This document shows, one piece after another, positions 37,577-50,516 of a DNA stretch of 64,000 bases. Numbering within the stretch: position 1 is the stretch's first letter; each line of letters starts with the position of its first letter. A model generated the notes under the pieces. That model was not told where the DNA came from and searched no databases. It was given only the letters and a program-made list of their open reading frames with translations. The stretch covers positions 3,534,909-3,598,908 of the forward strand of contig MU057560.1 in assembly GCA_013265495.1 (NCBI GenBank), in the 5' to 3' direction. Source of the DNA: Vicugna vicugna. Its lineage: Eukaryota. The translations under genes were made by a program, and so were the position numbers.

Positions 37577-40500
37577 TGTCAACTAAAAAAAATGCCCAGT
37601 GTGGACCTGTGAGTTACGCTTTATTTGGGACAAAATGAGGACTGTAGACTAGGACACAGGTTCTTAGATAGCTTGAAGAACTGCTTCGAAGGGGTGAGGA
37701 TGGGGTTCAGTACACATGTAATTTTGAGGAAGAGGGACATGCAGTCAAGCACGCGTTTTGGCAAAAGGTTGCTGCTAGTCATGAGGAGCACATGTCTCTA
37801 TTAATGATGTTAGTGCTTTTCTAGATATGAGGAGATGCAAGAATAAAATCATAAATTCTTTGTCTGAAAATATCTAACTATCTGAAGGCCTGTTCTGCCA
37901 GTTTTCCCAGAGCACAGAGCGCCTCATTCCTGATCTCCACCCTGAACTCCTTTCAGACTACGTTGAAAGTCAGTGACTGCAGTGGCTAGTGATTTAATCC
38001 AAGCAGAGGTAGCTGGAAAGTAACAATTTTTAGCTGTCAGGGCTTCCTCATGTTCATAAATTTGACCATAGTTCGGGAGGCGTTTCATGACCATTTTTGT
38101 CCCACAGTGCTAGGACTGCTCACTCTTAGGTCAGCACTAGATACAGATAATTGACCATAAACCTAACAACTTAATTAACTTTAACTGCATGAGGCTGTGG
38201 AATACATTTGATTCCTAAGCAAAGGTGGGAGCGATTATCAAAGTAATTGGAACACAGGCCTGGTCTGGCTCCTTGGGTCAGCTGTATACCTCAGACGTCA
38301 TCTTCTTCTCACCCTGGGCTGGTAGTTCCTCCTCTCTTTGAGCATTGTTTTAAGGTGGTTTTGAGGTCAGAAGTCCTCTCTGTAGGCCAATCCAGTGCAG
38401 GGGCCCTTTCTAAATGGAAATATTAATTCAAGAATCAATTCGCTTCAGTTTCACTGTGCATGAACCAGTTAAGATACCTGATAAGAGTTCTAGATCGCAA
38501 GTCATGGGGCATCTGATCTTCAGCCAGATATAAATTACTGATATAAGCTTCAGAAACAAGCTTAGAGTGTCCTTTTAATAATTTAATTAAACTTAACAGA
38601 AATACAACATAACAGCAAGGAGCTTTCTGGGAAGTCTCAAGCAGTACATACAGACCTCAATTAACAAAATTAGAATTTAATATCCACTGAAACAGAATCT
38701 TTTTATCTCTAAAATTACCTTCATTTCTATCAAATATAGACAAATTAAAACAAACAAATCAAAATTATGTGTTTGCAAAGTAAGTCTGATTTCAATAAAC
38801 TTGGCCTGATGATTTGTGTAAGTGTAGTTGATCATATAGGGTTTTAAAAAATTGATTATGATAGAACTTTTTATAAAAAATCTCAGATTAAAGTTTTTAA
38901 AAGGCCCCTCAAGGCCAGGAAAGCCATGCCAATGGCTTCTCACAGATTTCACCTGTGATATCTATATATTCAGTTGAATTCCTTCCTTTTCAGGGCCCCC
39001 AAAATACCTTGAGATTCTGTCCCCATTAGGAGATAGCCTTCTAAGTTACCTGATAAGGCTGTTGGGAACCTAAGAGTTTCCAGTCTCTGGAGGGATCAGG
39101 TAGAGAGAAAAGATAAATGTTTCAATTCTCCATACAAAAGTATAATTTACCAAATTACTACAAGTCATAATTAGCTTGAGGGGAAGGGTTTTCTTATATC
39201 TGGAAAACACAGATTAAAAGCTAGTAATATTCCAGAGAGGAACCATAAAAATTATAACCATATTCACCAGTTCACTCAGTCCTATATAAGTAATCCTTTT
39301 TGTTAGCAGTTTTATGAAGCCATTAGGTTTTCCATTAGAATTCCTTAATTTCTTACCCATTCGGTGGTATGATCTGAAAGTTATCAGAAACCTGTACTTA
39401 TCAAAAAAGTCCTTGCTACAAATTTTCTTAAACAGAAAGCACTTTTGCAAAGGCATCAGTGTAAAACAGTAACTGCCTATGAATGACAAAGACTTAAAAA
39501 AGGCACAGTTAAAACCTGATTACAATGCTGTTGACAAAGACACATAGTTACTGTTGTGATATACAATGTTTTAAGATAATGACTAGAATTATGACTGATA
39601 ATATTTTACCAGGACATACCAGATTCTTAGGAACTTCATATAGTTTCTAGGGTATCCATATTCATGACATTACCATACAATATAACCTAAGAAGATTTGT
39701 TACTCATTTGACAATGCTTCCCATGTAATTTAGCATACCAAATGAACCTAATTAGTTTAGTACCTCTCTTTGGGGTGTTTCAGGGGCCCTTTGAAGCATT
39801 ACAAAGTTAGCTAGAGGCCAAAGGAACTTCATTAGAATTTGGGAAATTTATAGGAAAAAAAATATTTATATATATATAAAATGTTTAAAACACTTGGTCA
39901 AATAAAATTATAGATCACTATGAAACAATACTTATTCACTTAGCCAAAGTGACAAAAGATTTCAAAGGCAAATATAGAACAGACCACTTAAAAGGTAAAC
40001 AAACAAACAAACAAACAAAAAACACAACTTAAAATCTGTTATCAAAAGCTCAATAGTCTAAGAAAACTGTTTTCTTAACAGAAAGAAAAGGCAAATTCCA
40101 GCTTGCTTCAGCTTACTTTTTAAAATTTATTTGCTCAATTAAGTTTATTATAAATTTAACCCATCCTGACCATACTAAAAACTCTTTTCTCATGGTTCTT
40201 TTCCCACAAATCTTCTATAACTTTTTGTATTCATATTAGTTTGTCCCCTATTTTTTTCCCGTTTAGAAATAACCAACTCTAGGACAAAACTACTTTCTTT
40301 TCCGTCAACAAACTGCAAGTCTGTTCCTCATACTTTTTTTTAACTGAAAACACACATCCAATGTTCCTACTGTATGCTGAAATGTTTCCCTTATTATTTC
40401 TAGTAGTTTTAATTACATATTTAAATTAGAATTCTCAACTCTTAAAAATCTTTATTTTTAGTGAAAACTAAGAAGTAAGCAATTATGAATTGTCTTTTAT

Positions 40501-42660
40501 GTTAGCATTTTGTAGAATAACAAATATAAATACCAATAATAACATCTAAAAACATGTACTTCCTTATAGAAAACATTTCAGTGTGGTACCAAACATATTT
40601 TTATTAGTCCTGAATACCTTTAGTTTCTCTATAAAAGGAAGTCAATGTCTAATAATTAATGTTGCAGTATCTTATGACTAAATAGCTAGAAATGACCTGG
40701 CTATTCAGTAAACTACCATCATTTAACTTAATTTAGCACAACTTTAAAATTTTAAGTTGCCAAATATCTGGAGAGATTACTTTTAAGTAAATACTCCTAA
40801 AACATAATTATTCCTAAAGAGTTCACCCATCGCTTCTTGGCCTTTTGGCTGAGATCAAGTGTGAAGAGTTCACCCAAAAGCTATTATCTCATTTATATTT
40901 AATTTTCTTATAAAAAATTTCATCATACCAAGTTATTTTTCTTGCTGACACACTTGCAACAGATACAGTAAGATCTTATTTGACTTCTATTAAACCTGGG
41001 TACAATAAAGGCATTATATTTAATGTTGATAACTCTAAAGACAAGTCTATATTAATTAAATCAACAAACAAAGTGACTTTAATACCAAGTACTTAGTACT
41101 GAATATTTCCCAGTTCATGTGAACCTGAAATTCATTTTGGCCAGTTTTCCTTTTATATTTCTGAAAATTTATATAAGCACTTACTTTCCTTTAAGCCAAT
41201 TAAGTAGAGCTCATTTACAAATTAATTTTGATAAAACCATCCAAAGGTAAAGACATATATACATACACAGACATACAGACAGACACAACCAGAGATCTCA
41301 TAGCTTTATTTTAAAACTTAGTCATGAATCAGGTATTACAATATAAAACTCACTAGTTTACAAACAACAGTTGGAATAAGTTAAATTTAAAAGGGCCTCA
41401 TTTCCCCAACCACCTTTTTTTTCAGTGTCAGGAATTAGAGATGGTCTAGATAAGTGCAAGGAGAGAAAAGCAAATTCTCCTAAAAGGACTTGTTCTCTCA
41501 GGGTCAGAATTCTGAGAAGATGTTTTATCAAGCCAGCTTTTTCTAACAAATGTGTACACAATGAAAGAGCCCATATTGGCCATTTTCATGGCAAAATTTT
41601 CCTTTAATTCCCAATTAAGTAAGTACTTGTAAGTATAAGTTTTTTAAGTGCATAAACCTGGCTGGGGTGTTAGTTGGAGGCTGGCTTTCTGACTCACTTT
41701 ATTTCTTTGAGAAGCTCTACTTCCCATTTTAAAGTTGAGTTTATTGGGGATGAAATTTACTAAGGAAGTTGTGATGCGGGCCAGTGTGCTGCTTGGGAGC
41801 TTAGCTCCTCTGGGCTTCCCTCCAGAGTCAGTGCAGCCCTCTTAAATGGCTGTTTCTCCCTTCAGTGATCTGAGACCACTGTGGTTGCTTGGATCATTGA
41901 ATAGCCAGTCTCTACGCATGAGCCCTGGATGAGCAAGTCTCTTAATTAGTGAGTGGGTTTCCCTGGGGGGCCACGGCATGGTAGGATGACTCTCCCTCCA
42001 GCGCTCCCGAGAATTTCTCTGTTGCCCGAGAAAGCTGTGCCTGACCAGGAGGAGTCTTATCCCTCGTCTTCCAAGCAGAGCTCTCACGTAGGATCTTCCC
42101 TTTCATCCTGACAAACTCTGTTAAGGCTGCCAAATTGAGGAGAGGTGTCAGATCAGCCCTTACCACCCACTCAGCCCAGACCACTCAGTGTCTTTCAACA
42201 CTGTCAACGGGAAAAAAGCACAGCGTTAGAGTTGTGCGTTGTTTTATTTGGGCACCATGAGGACTGCAGACTGGGACCGTGCCTTAGAGATCTCTGAGGA
42301 GCTGCTCCAAGGATGCTCCAGGGGCTCAGTACACGTGATTTTGGTGAAGGGGTACATGCAGTCAAGCACACATCTTAGCAAAAGGTTGCTGCTGGTCACA
42401 AGGAACAGGTGTCTTTGTGCGTGACATTGATGCTTTTCTAGATAAGAGAAGAGACAAGAATTTGGGCTTATAAAAAAATCTTCTCCTGAAATATCTAACT
42501 ATCTGAAGGCCTATTCTGCCAGTTTTCCCAAAGTACAGAGTGCCTCATTCCTGATCTCCACCCTGAACTTGTTTCAAGGTATGTTGAAGGTCAGTGACTG
42601 CAGTGGCTTGTGATTTAATCCTTATAGACGCAGATGGCAAGTGACAGTTTTTAGTTGGCA
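37577..42660 (-). mobile_element. ERV1/MER41-like non-autonomous provirus remnant: LTRs 37577-38039 and 42202-42660 around a 4.2-kb AT-rich internal region
   Basis: Two ~460-bp direct repeats with TG...CA ends sharing e.g. CTAACTATCTGAAGGCCT.TTCTGCCAGTTTTCCC and CCTCATTCCTGATCTCCACCCTGAAC; minus-strand AATAAA at 37620-37625 and 42243-42248; no long ORF inside. Family name from recall. Confidence 0.85.
40829..40862 (+). pseudogene. RNU2: 3'-truncated U2 snRNA retropseudogene with 12-bp target-site duplication
   Basis: ATCGCTTCTTGGCCTTTTGGCTGAGATCAAGTGT matches U2 nt 1-34 with 2 mismatches; AAGAGTTCACCC flanks it at 40817-40828 and 40864-40875. Confidence 0.95.
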
Positions 42661-45242
42661 AGACAGATGAAGTCAGCATTAGCAACCACAGTGCTTCTGG
42701 GTCCTCCTGGACCTCTCACTACTCAGGTCACCAGTTGTTCTGTGTGGCCCTGATGGGGAAGTTCTGCTCAGCTGCCCCAGGAAGGGACGGCCTGTGGTGG
42801 GGGGGAGGTCTTGCAAGTCTCAGCCCTGGCCTAAGATTTCAGTTACTCAAAGGGCCACGCACAGTGGTTTCAAGTAGACGCAGCATTTAAAGTTGGTCTT
42901 GAAGAATGAGGAGTGTTTGAAGAGGTTAGATGTTGGCATTTTTCCCCTTAGGGCCAGAAAAGCCATATATCACGTTTGGGGGCCAAGAGGCAAAACTGAG
43001 GATATGTTTTGACAATCTTCCAAAAATTTTTGATGAAAACTAAATTATAATAACAACTGAGAACTATTTTTTGTAATTCAGCCCACTGGTGAGTACAGTG
43101 TGGTTCCCTCTATGGGAGACGTTCCCTACCTCGGCTCACTGTTTGCTGGTCCCAACCACCGCGATAGACCACAGCTGTTCAGTTATCGGTGCCATCTATG
43201 ATGCAACTGAACCTATTTCATCTCTGGAAATGTGTTCTCATGTAAAATATCATTCTTCTCTTAATTTAATTTTTTCAACCGTCAAAAGTGTAAAACTGTT
43301 CTGGCCCCAGGAGGACAGATGGTGGCTGGATATGCCAAGCCCTCCGGTGCCTCTCAGCCCCTGATGTGCCCTCCAGGACATGCTCTGGGATGAACCATGG
43401 AGCTCCTTTAAAGGGGGTCCAGCACTAAGCTTCCTCAGGAAGGGCAGGCAGGAGTCAGCGAGTGGTGAGGTGCCAGGCAGAGCCCACCCAGCCGCAGGTC
43501 CACAGAAGACCCTTCTGAGATCTGGATCTGGAGGACTGGGCCTGGCAGAGTCCTCCCCCAACCCCTTCCACTCAGAAGCCAGATCCCCCACAGCTCTGAG
43601 GACTCCTGTCCCTGTTGGCACCTGGACACCCACAGCATGGCCTCGCCACCAGCTGCTGACCACCAGCACCCCAGAGGGTGGCCTCTGCTGGCCCAACAGC
43701 CCCTGCCCAGGCCCAGCCATGTGGGCCATGACTCTCTGCTGCCCACAGGCTGAACTACACCTTCTCCAAGGAGACGTCCTCCCCAGGCCAAAATGGATGA
43801 AAAGGCCAAACCAAGCCAAGATCTACCTTTTTATCCATTTTAAAGGTCAAACCACTGCTTTGCTGTTTTTAGAAGCTTTGCAAATAGTCTATTATGAATA
43901 CTATATAATCAGAGATAAAAATATTAACATGTGGTATGTTATATTTGATAAGTGTTTTTACCCATTTTTCCACCTTACCAAACTAAGTGATTATAATGTA
44001 TATACAATAAGTCTAGTCCTAAGTTAGAAAATGAAAATTACGAATACTTCTCCATCTTTCTTTTTCAACAAGTACCATGGAGAGATCAGAAATCAGTTTT
44101 AAGCATAATAATTAGGGTAATGTTAAGTACAGTAAGAAGCCCCCAGATTTCTTTTCTTTGGTATCTTAGTGCAAGAAGAGTGCCTTCTCCCCCGTGTTCT
44201 GGGCCGGGGCAGCTTCCTTGTGCGCTGATCCAGCATGTTCCGCCCGTCCACTGCTGGCTGTGCCCAGAAGCCTCTTCGGCCGGCCCAGGATGGGAGAGAG
44301 GGAGTGGGAAGACTACTTCCTGCTGCGCTGGTGTGGAGTGACACACGCTGCTGCCTCCGGGCAGTGCTCTGGGTGGCAGTGAGCTGACATGGGAGGCGCA
44401 CAGCATGCAGGTGTGTCTCACTTACACAACAAACAGAGCAGACCCGCGGCCTGCACTTACTCATTCCATAAAAAGTGAGGTTGCGTCATCTTAGACAGCA
44501 ACAAAAATTAGGAAGACAATGGCTTGTCTAGTTATAATGCAAAGTATCAGTGCATGTACCTTTCAGACAGACACATGCCATCAGCGTCTGGTTGTGCTCA
44601 GTCAGTCCTGCCACCTGTTGCCTGCTCAGCAGGAACTCAGGTGGAAATGAGGTGGCTCCATCAGGGACACACACACCAGCTGTGGTTTGCAGAGTCCGTC
44701 CATTGGGTCAGTGCTGCAGTGGAAACTTACCCCGGAAAACCAAAACTCCTGCGTGTCCGCAGCCGGCCACTTCAGATCACGACTAAAAGCTGCCGCCATA
44801 AGGTGTACTTGAGAGGCCCGAATGTGCACGTAAGTGTGTCCATCCGGAACTTTTCTAGTTTATATCTTTTCTGAGACCTTCTACATGCAGACTGTATAAC
44901 CAAAGCATTTGTAATAGGAAGAGTTTAAAGGCCACTAGTAAACTGATGTAATTTTCAACAAACGTCTAAAGATTCCTTCCCTGTATAAAAATTATGTGCT
45001 TCTGAGGATTTCTGTGTCCATCTCTGGGCTTTGTATGCTCCACTGCAAGTGGAGACTGAGAGTGTCAGCCCTCAGTGTCTCAACATTATCAGCAGATGAG
45101 ATAGTCTGATTTTAAACAAATGCACGATTGTGAAGATAAAGAGCAATTTTATATTAGTTCCTAAAAATTCTAATTCCAGAATTATCAATGATATACAAAC
45201 ACATTTTAGTGTACGGCCCCTCACCAAATCCCTGTCCTTTGA

Positions 45243-45244
<2 letters not shown>

Positions 45245-45279
<35 letters not shown>

Positions 45280-45303
45280 ACGCGCGCGCGTGCACACGCG
45301 CGC
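45245..45303. repeat. (TG)n microsatellite running into a (CG)n palindrome
   Basis: Directly visible alternating purine-pyrimidine tract. Confidence 0.95.
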
Positions 45304-45952
45304 TCTTGTTTGCATAAAACATGAGAATACATTTTTCACTTTTCTACATCTCTTCCTGCAAGACATGTTGTTGGCTATGAGAGGCAGATTTTAAACAAAA
45401 GACAACTTATGGAGTAATTATCCATTATATTAATTTTTTACAGCTGGAGTCATATGTTCCCATGGATATATATTAAATATTTAATTATACAATATTCGGT
45501 TTATGCTGAACAATCTTTGTTATATAATGTTTCAGACATACAAGGGACTATGGAGAATAACAGCTGATTTACATCCATGACCTTATGCACAGTCTAAGGG
45601 GAAGAAATGCAATTCTCAAGTAAGCCTCCTACAGATGCCTTCCCCAGGGCCACCCACCCCCCATCAAATGTCATTACACTTCATTTTGTAAACATTTACA
45701 TAAATGGAGGAGACTCTGTATGTCTTTAAGCGACTTCTTTTCCTCTCCATGCTGTTCACGTTCTCCCATGTTGACACAAGTATATCTAGATTACTTGAAC
45801 TTCTGTAAAGAAACAACTTTAACTATACCAAACTACATCCTCCATCCTCCTCTTGAGGGAAATTTGTTTCCTGTTTTGAAAGTATTCATTTTTATGTGTT
45901 ACGATTATTTTGCTATTGAAGCATTGCCTCAGTGGACATTTGGATACATGTT

Positions 45953-46335
45953 ATATTAGTTTCCTGGGCTGCCCAAACAAATGACCGCGAACCGGTTGGC
46001 CTGCGACAACAGAGATGTGCTCTCTCAGGTGGAAGCCACGTGTTGGGGTGTCTGAGGGCCGTGCCTCAGGGCGACCCATGCCTCCGGGAATCCTTCCTCC
46101 CCTCCCAACTCCTGGGGCTCTGGGCACTCCTGGGCTGGTGGCTGATTGTCCAGGCTCTGCCTCTGTGGCCGCGTTGCCCCCTCTCTGTTTCTTGTACGGA
46201 TGCTCATGGTTGGATTTAGGGACCACCCAGCTGCTCAAGAATGACTAACTTAATATGTTTGCAAAGACCCTTTTTCTAAATAAAGTCCCGCTGACAGGGT
46301 CCCGGTGGACATGGGTTTCACCGCCTTCCAGCCCA
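45953..46335. mobile_element. MaLR (MLT1-like) solo LTR
   Basis: TATATTAGTTTCCTGGGCTGCC.AAACAAATGACC... and ...TTTGCAAAGACCCTTTTTCTAAATAAAGTC... are MLT1-like phrases; from recall. Confidence 0.7.
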
Positions 46336-46559
46336 CCCTCAGTGTCTGTGAGCACATGCGGGAGAACTGTGGGCCATCTCTGCCAGCCCTGAGAACAGAC
46401 CCCACGGCAGCCCCACAGCAGGCACAGGCTTTCCTCTGTGCCCCCGCAGTCGGCACAGGCCCGTTGGCAGGCTTTCGCTTCCTGCCAACCTGAAGGACCA
46501 GGAGTGTCAACACAGGCGGCCTGGCTTTGCACGCCCCTGGCTTCTGGGGAATCTGGTCA

Positions 46560-49061
46560 ACTTTTCATCTATTCATCGGCCATGGGGGTTTCCCCTCTGT
46601 GAATTAACTGACTGAACACTTTGCCCAACTTTCTACTGTGATTTCACACTGTTATTGACTTTTAAGAGATCTTTGTATCCTGGATTCTCAATCTCTGTTA
46701 AGTACATTTATGGCAAATATTTTCCAGTCTGTGGTTTCTATTTTTAAGTGTGTGTTGATACAACGTTTTAAACTTTAATGTAGTGGAATAGATCTGTAGT
46801 TTCCTTTTATTGTTGTGCCTTGTTTATAGCATTCCTCCATCCTCAAGTCATAAAGATACTCTATTATTTTCATTCTAAAAGTACTAAGTTTTTGCCTTCA
46901 ATATTTGGACCTTCAATTGCACTGAAATTTTTTTGTGTCGGATGTGGTATTTGTAATCTAATTTTATTTTGTTTTCTTTTGAATGAACCAGAGTTGTCCC
47001 AGAATAATTTATTAATCTACCATGCCATCTCTGTCATATATTTTTAAATGTATGAGTATATATATGAATATTCCTTTCTTGTTTTGTTATAAAGATAGCC
47101 TTCTTTATTAAGCACTGTGGATTATTCAGTAAATTTGTCATGTATTTTAAAAATTTTAGGTTCTTGTTTCACATCCTATACCAATGCAAGTTTGAGGTAG
47201 GTCAAATATGTAATGAAAAATAAGAGCTCTGGAAGAAAATAAAGGATAACAGTTATATAATTTTTTTTCTTAAATTAAGGCCTTTAGTCACAATAATAGA
47301 TAGAAAGATGATAATAGTAGACAGCCCAGAGAGATGTTGCTATATAAATAAAAACAAATACTGAAAAATTATAAACAAAACTGTGAAAACAAGAAGCTGA
47401 GATATAAACTTGTGACACGATTAAAATTATAGACAAGAGAAGTACGGCAGCAGGAAAACAAGCAAAGAACATAAACAGAAAATGTGCAAAAAGCAAGTGT
47501 GAACAAACAGGAAAAATCACTAGTATTCAAATAAATTCAAATAAAAGTTTGTTATCCTGTCTTTCTGATGTGCACTTTGTCCCCATCAGCCTCAGGCTAC
47601 AGTATGAGTTTTTTACGATAATACCCAATGGCTATAAAGTAGGGTAGTATTTTTAGAAGGTGATTTGATAATGAAATTAAAAACCCCAAATTTTTTTGAA
47701 TTGCTTTGAGTTATTAATTCCAACTCTAAAGATTCTATATCAAGAACCACCCAACAGTGGTACCTATAAAAGCTCAAAGTGGAAATAACCTACTTGCTAT
47801 TTAGCAATAGGAGCCAACTGATGCGCACACCAGAACGCGGACAGCAGAGCTGGTGGATGGTAGGGGTAGGGGTGCCGTTTTTCTGCAATATTTGTGTATC
47901 TATACTTTTCCCTTTATTTTTACAATGTGCTTACGCCATGATTTCTGATTATTTAAAAATACAGAAAAACTTTTTATTATAGTTGAGCCTTTTGCACCAT
48001 GAATTTGAAAAGTATTTCTCGCATAATTTCTGGTTCTTTTATGGTTTGATTTTTGATATTTTAAATCATCAGTGAATTTGGACTTTATTGCTATGTAACA
48101 TGAAGCTGTGGATGAAAGTTTTCCCCCAAAAGACCACTATTTATTGTGTAATACAGCTTTTCCACATTGATTTGAGGTGTAACCTTTATCATATTTAAAT
48201 GCATTTATATATTTGCGTCAGTTTCTGAATTTTCTATTTTACAAAACTGACTTTTGCCAGTATTTGCATCTACTATACGGTAAATTATTGAGGCTTTATA
48301 ATATCTTAAACTCCTGGCAGAGCTTGCCCCCTCATTATTCGTCTTTTACACATTTTTTCTAGCTTTTCTTGCTTATTTTTCCATATGAATTTGAGAATTA
48401 CTTTGTTAAAAGACACTTGTTAGACTTAAAAGAGAATATAATTTTGATTTCATCTTTTAAAAAGTAGAAAAACCATCATAAGAAAATTGAAAAGACAAAT
48501 GACAAATAAGAAATCAGTATTTGTAACTCATATTCTAGAAAAAAGTTAATTCCCTTGATATATAAATCAATAAGAAACAGAAAAATACCTTCCATAAATG
48601 GATAAATAATATGGAAAAGATTTGACAGAAGTGGAAAGTAGTCAATATTACTCATCATAAAAGGACAAACTAAAGTACACTGAGAGCTTCACGGCAAAGA
48701 AACTGGTACTGGAATTGCCATGTGCTGTAGACATCTAGATACTGGGAAGCATGCATGGAACACCTGTTTTCACACTTTGGACAACAGGCGAGTGGGTCTA
48801 GGATCCCAGAGGGGAGGGGAAATTGACATAAACTCCACAATGGCCCATTTTCCTGCCTGGCAGCACTTTCCAGGCTGCAGCACCAGGAGGGAGGACAGCC
48901 TAGACATGTGTTCTTTCTGAATGGGAGAGACAGTTGGATTTTGGACAGGCTGAGGCAACTGGAATTTGCAGAGCAGATTACCAGCAAGGAGTGAGCCAAA
49001 GATCGAAAGAGCTCAAGAAATCTGCAGAGGGACCCTTGAGTCCTTGGCTGAACATGAAGCA

Positions 49062-49099
<38 letters not shown>

Positions 49100-49740
49100 G
49101 GCAGGGTGGGAGGGGGACACTTTCAAGACAGGGCAAAGAACAACTATCAGAAAACTGTGAGGCAAACAGTTCTCAGAGCTAACATGGGGTTGGGGGCAGC
49201 AGTTCCAACCAGCCAAGGAGAGAGACCACATCAGACCCTCAGGCATTCAGGAGAGAGCCCAGAGTCACACTGGAACATAGCCTAACGTTCATCTGAAGGC
49301 TTCACACACCCAAGCAAAATAAAGAAGCAAACCTTGAAAAGACTCAACTGATCTGCGAGTAACTCACTCTACACTAGCACAAGCATTGACACTGTCCAAA
49401 GAATATGACAAAATCTAGATACTCAATGTGGCAATGTTCACAATATCTAGCAACCATCAAATTTCACTAGGAATGGGTAGAAACAGTAAAATGTAACCCA
49501 TAAATAGAAGGAAAATCAGTCAAAAACAGACCCAGAAGGGACAGAGATGATGCAATTATCAGACAGAGACATAAAAGCACCTTTTAAAATATGCTCAAGG
49601 ATTTAAAGAACAATATAAACACAATGAGGACAGAAATGGAAAGAATGAAAACAACCAAATGGAATTTCCAGGACTGAAAACCCACTCTTTGAAATGAAAA
49701 ATTCATTTGATGGTCTGAACAGCAGACTTTACACTGAAGC
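46560..49740. mobile_element. Patchwork of old L1 (L1M) fragments in both orientations, including (TG)n at 49064-49098
   Basis: T-rich antisense L1 3' phrases (46560-47050, 48000-48420) and A-rich sense ORF1/5'-like phrases (48480-49740); boundaries approximate. Confidence 0.55.
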
Positions 49741-50405
49741 CTTTCAACTTCTCTGGCTCTTCTGGTTACTTGTCCCGTGGTGAGGGAGTGGCCCACCCCA
49801 CATACGTCAGAGCTGAAGAGGCTGAATGAACCCTGCTAGGACAAATCAACCTTCGTGTGAGTTTATAAATACCCAAGCAGTGCTGAGAACGTAGAATGCT
49901 GTACAAATGCAAGTGTTCATTAGTTGGAGTAATCACTCAATTCTTGAGTGTACTAGAATTTTACTAATACAGAGAATCTATGCAAATAGTTCAAACATTT
50001 TGGACAAAAATGACCAAATATATTAAATTTTATATTATCTGTTATAGATAGTTGTAAAATACATCTTTTTAATTCTTAAAAATTTAATATTTTTCATTAA
50101 TATTGAAGTGAGTTAAGAATTACTGGGAGAAGATACATAATTGGGAGACTGGACAAGATGTGTTTAAGATCCTTTAGAATCCCAGGATTTTATAATTTCT
50201 GAGAGTTTGAGACTTTAAGGTTTCCCAATCCAAATTTAATTTATTAGGATAATAGAGATGAAATGATCAATAATTAAGGATTTCCAATTCATTTCCTTTG
50301 GTAGGATATAATTTGCTAATGTTTAATTGTATATGAGAAAAATGAAATTAAAATAAATTTCTAATTTCTATATATTTTTAATTAAAGTTTTTTTTTATCT
50401 TTTAG

Positions 50406-50516
50406 TGAATAACCCTATACCTTCCAATTTGAAATCTGAAGCCAAAAAGGCTGCTAAAATCCTAAGAGAATTCACAGAAATAACTTCCAGAAATGGACCT
50501 GATAAGATCATTCCTG
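50406..50516 (+). CDS. SH3YL1: SH3YL1 exon 2
   Basis: TTTTAG|TG AAT AAC CCT...; (M)NNPIPSNLKSEAKKAAKILREFTEITSRNGPDKIIP(A); donor G|GTAGGT. Confidence 0.96.

Noticed and set aside
38040..42201. Possible gag/pol/env coding remnants inside the ERV
   Set aside because: Only short ORFs (<=91 aa) with no retroviral motifs; looks non-autonomous or decayed.
43250..44027. 215-aa (+) and 189-aa (-) ORFs in SH3YL1 intron 1
   Set aside because: No recognisable domain; composition switches abruptly from GC-rich to AT-rich; no supporting splice structure.
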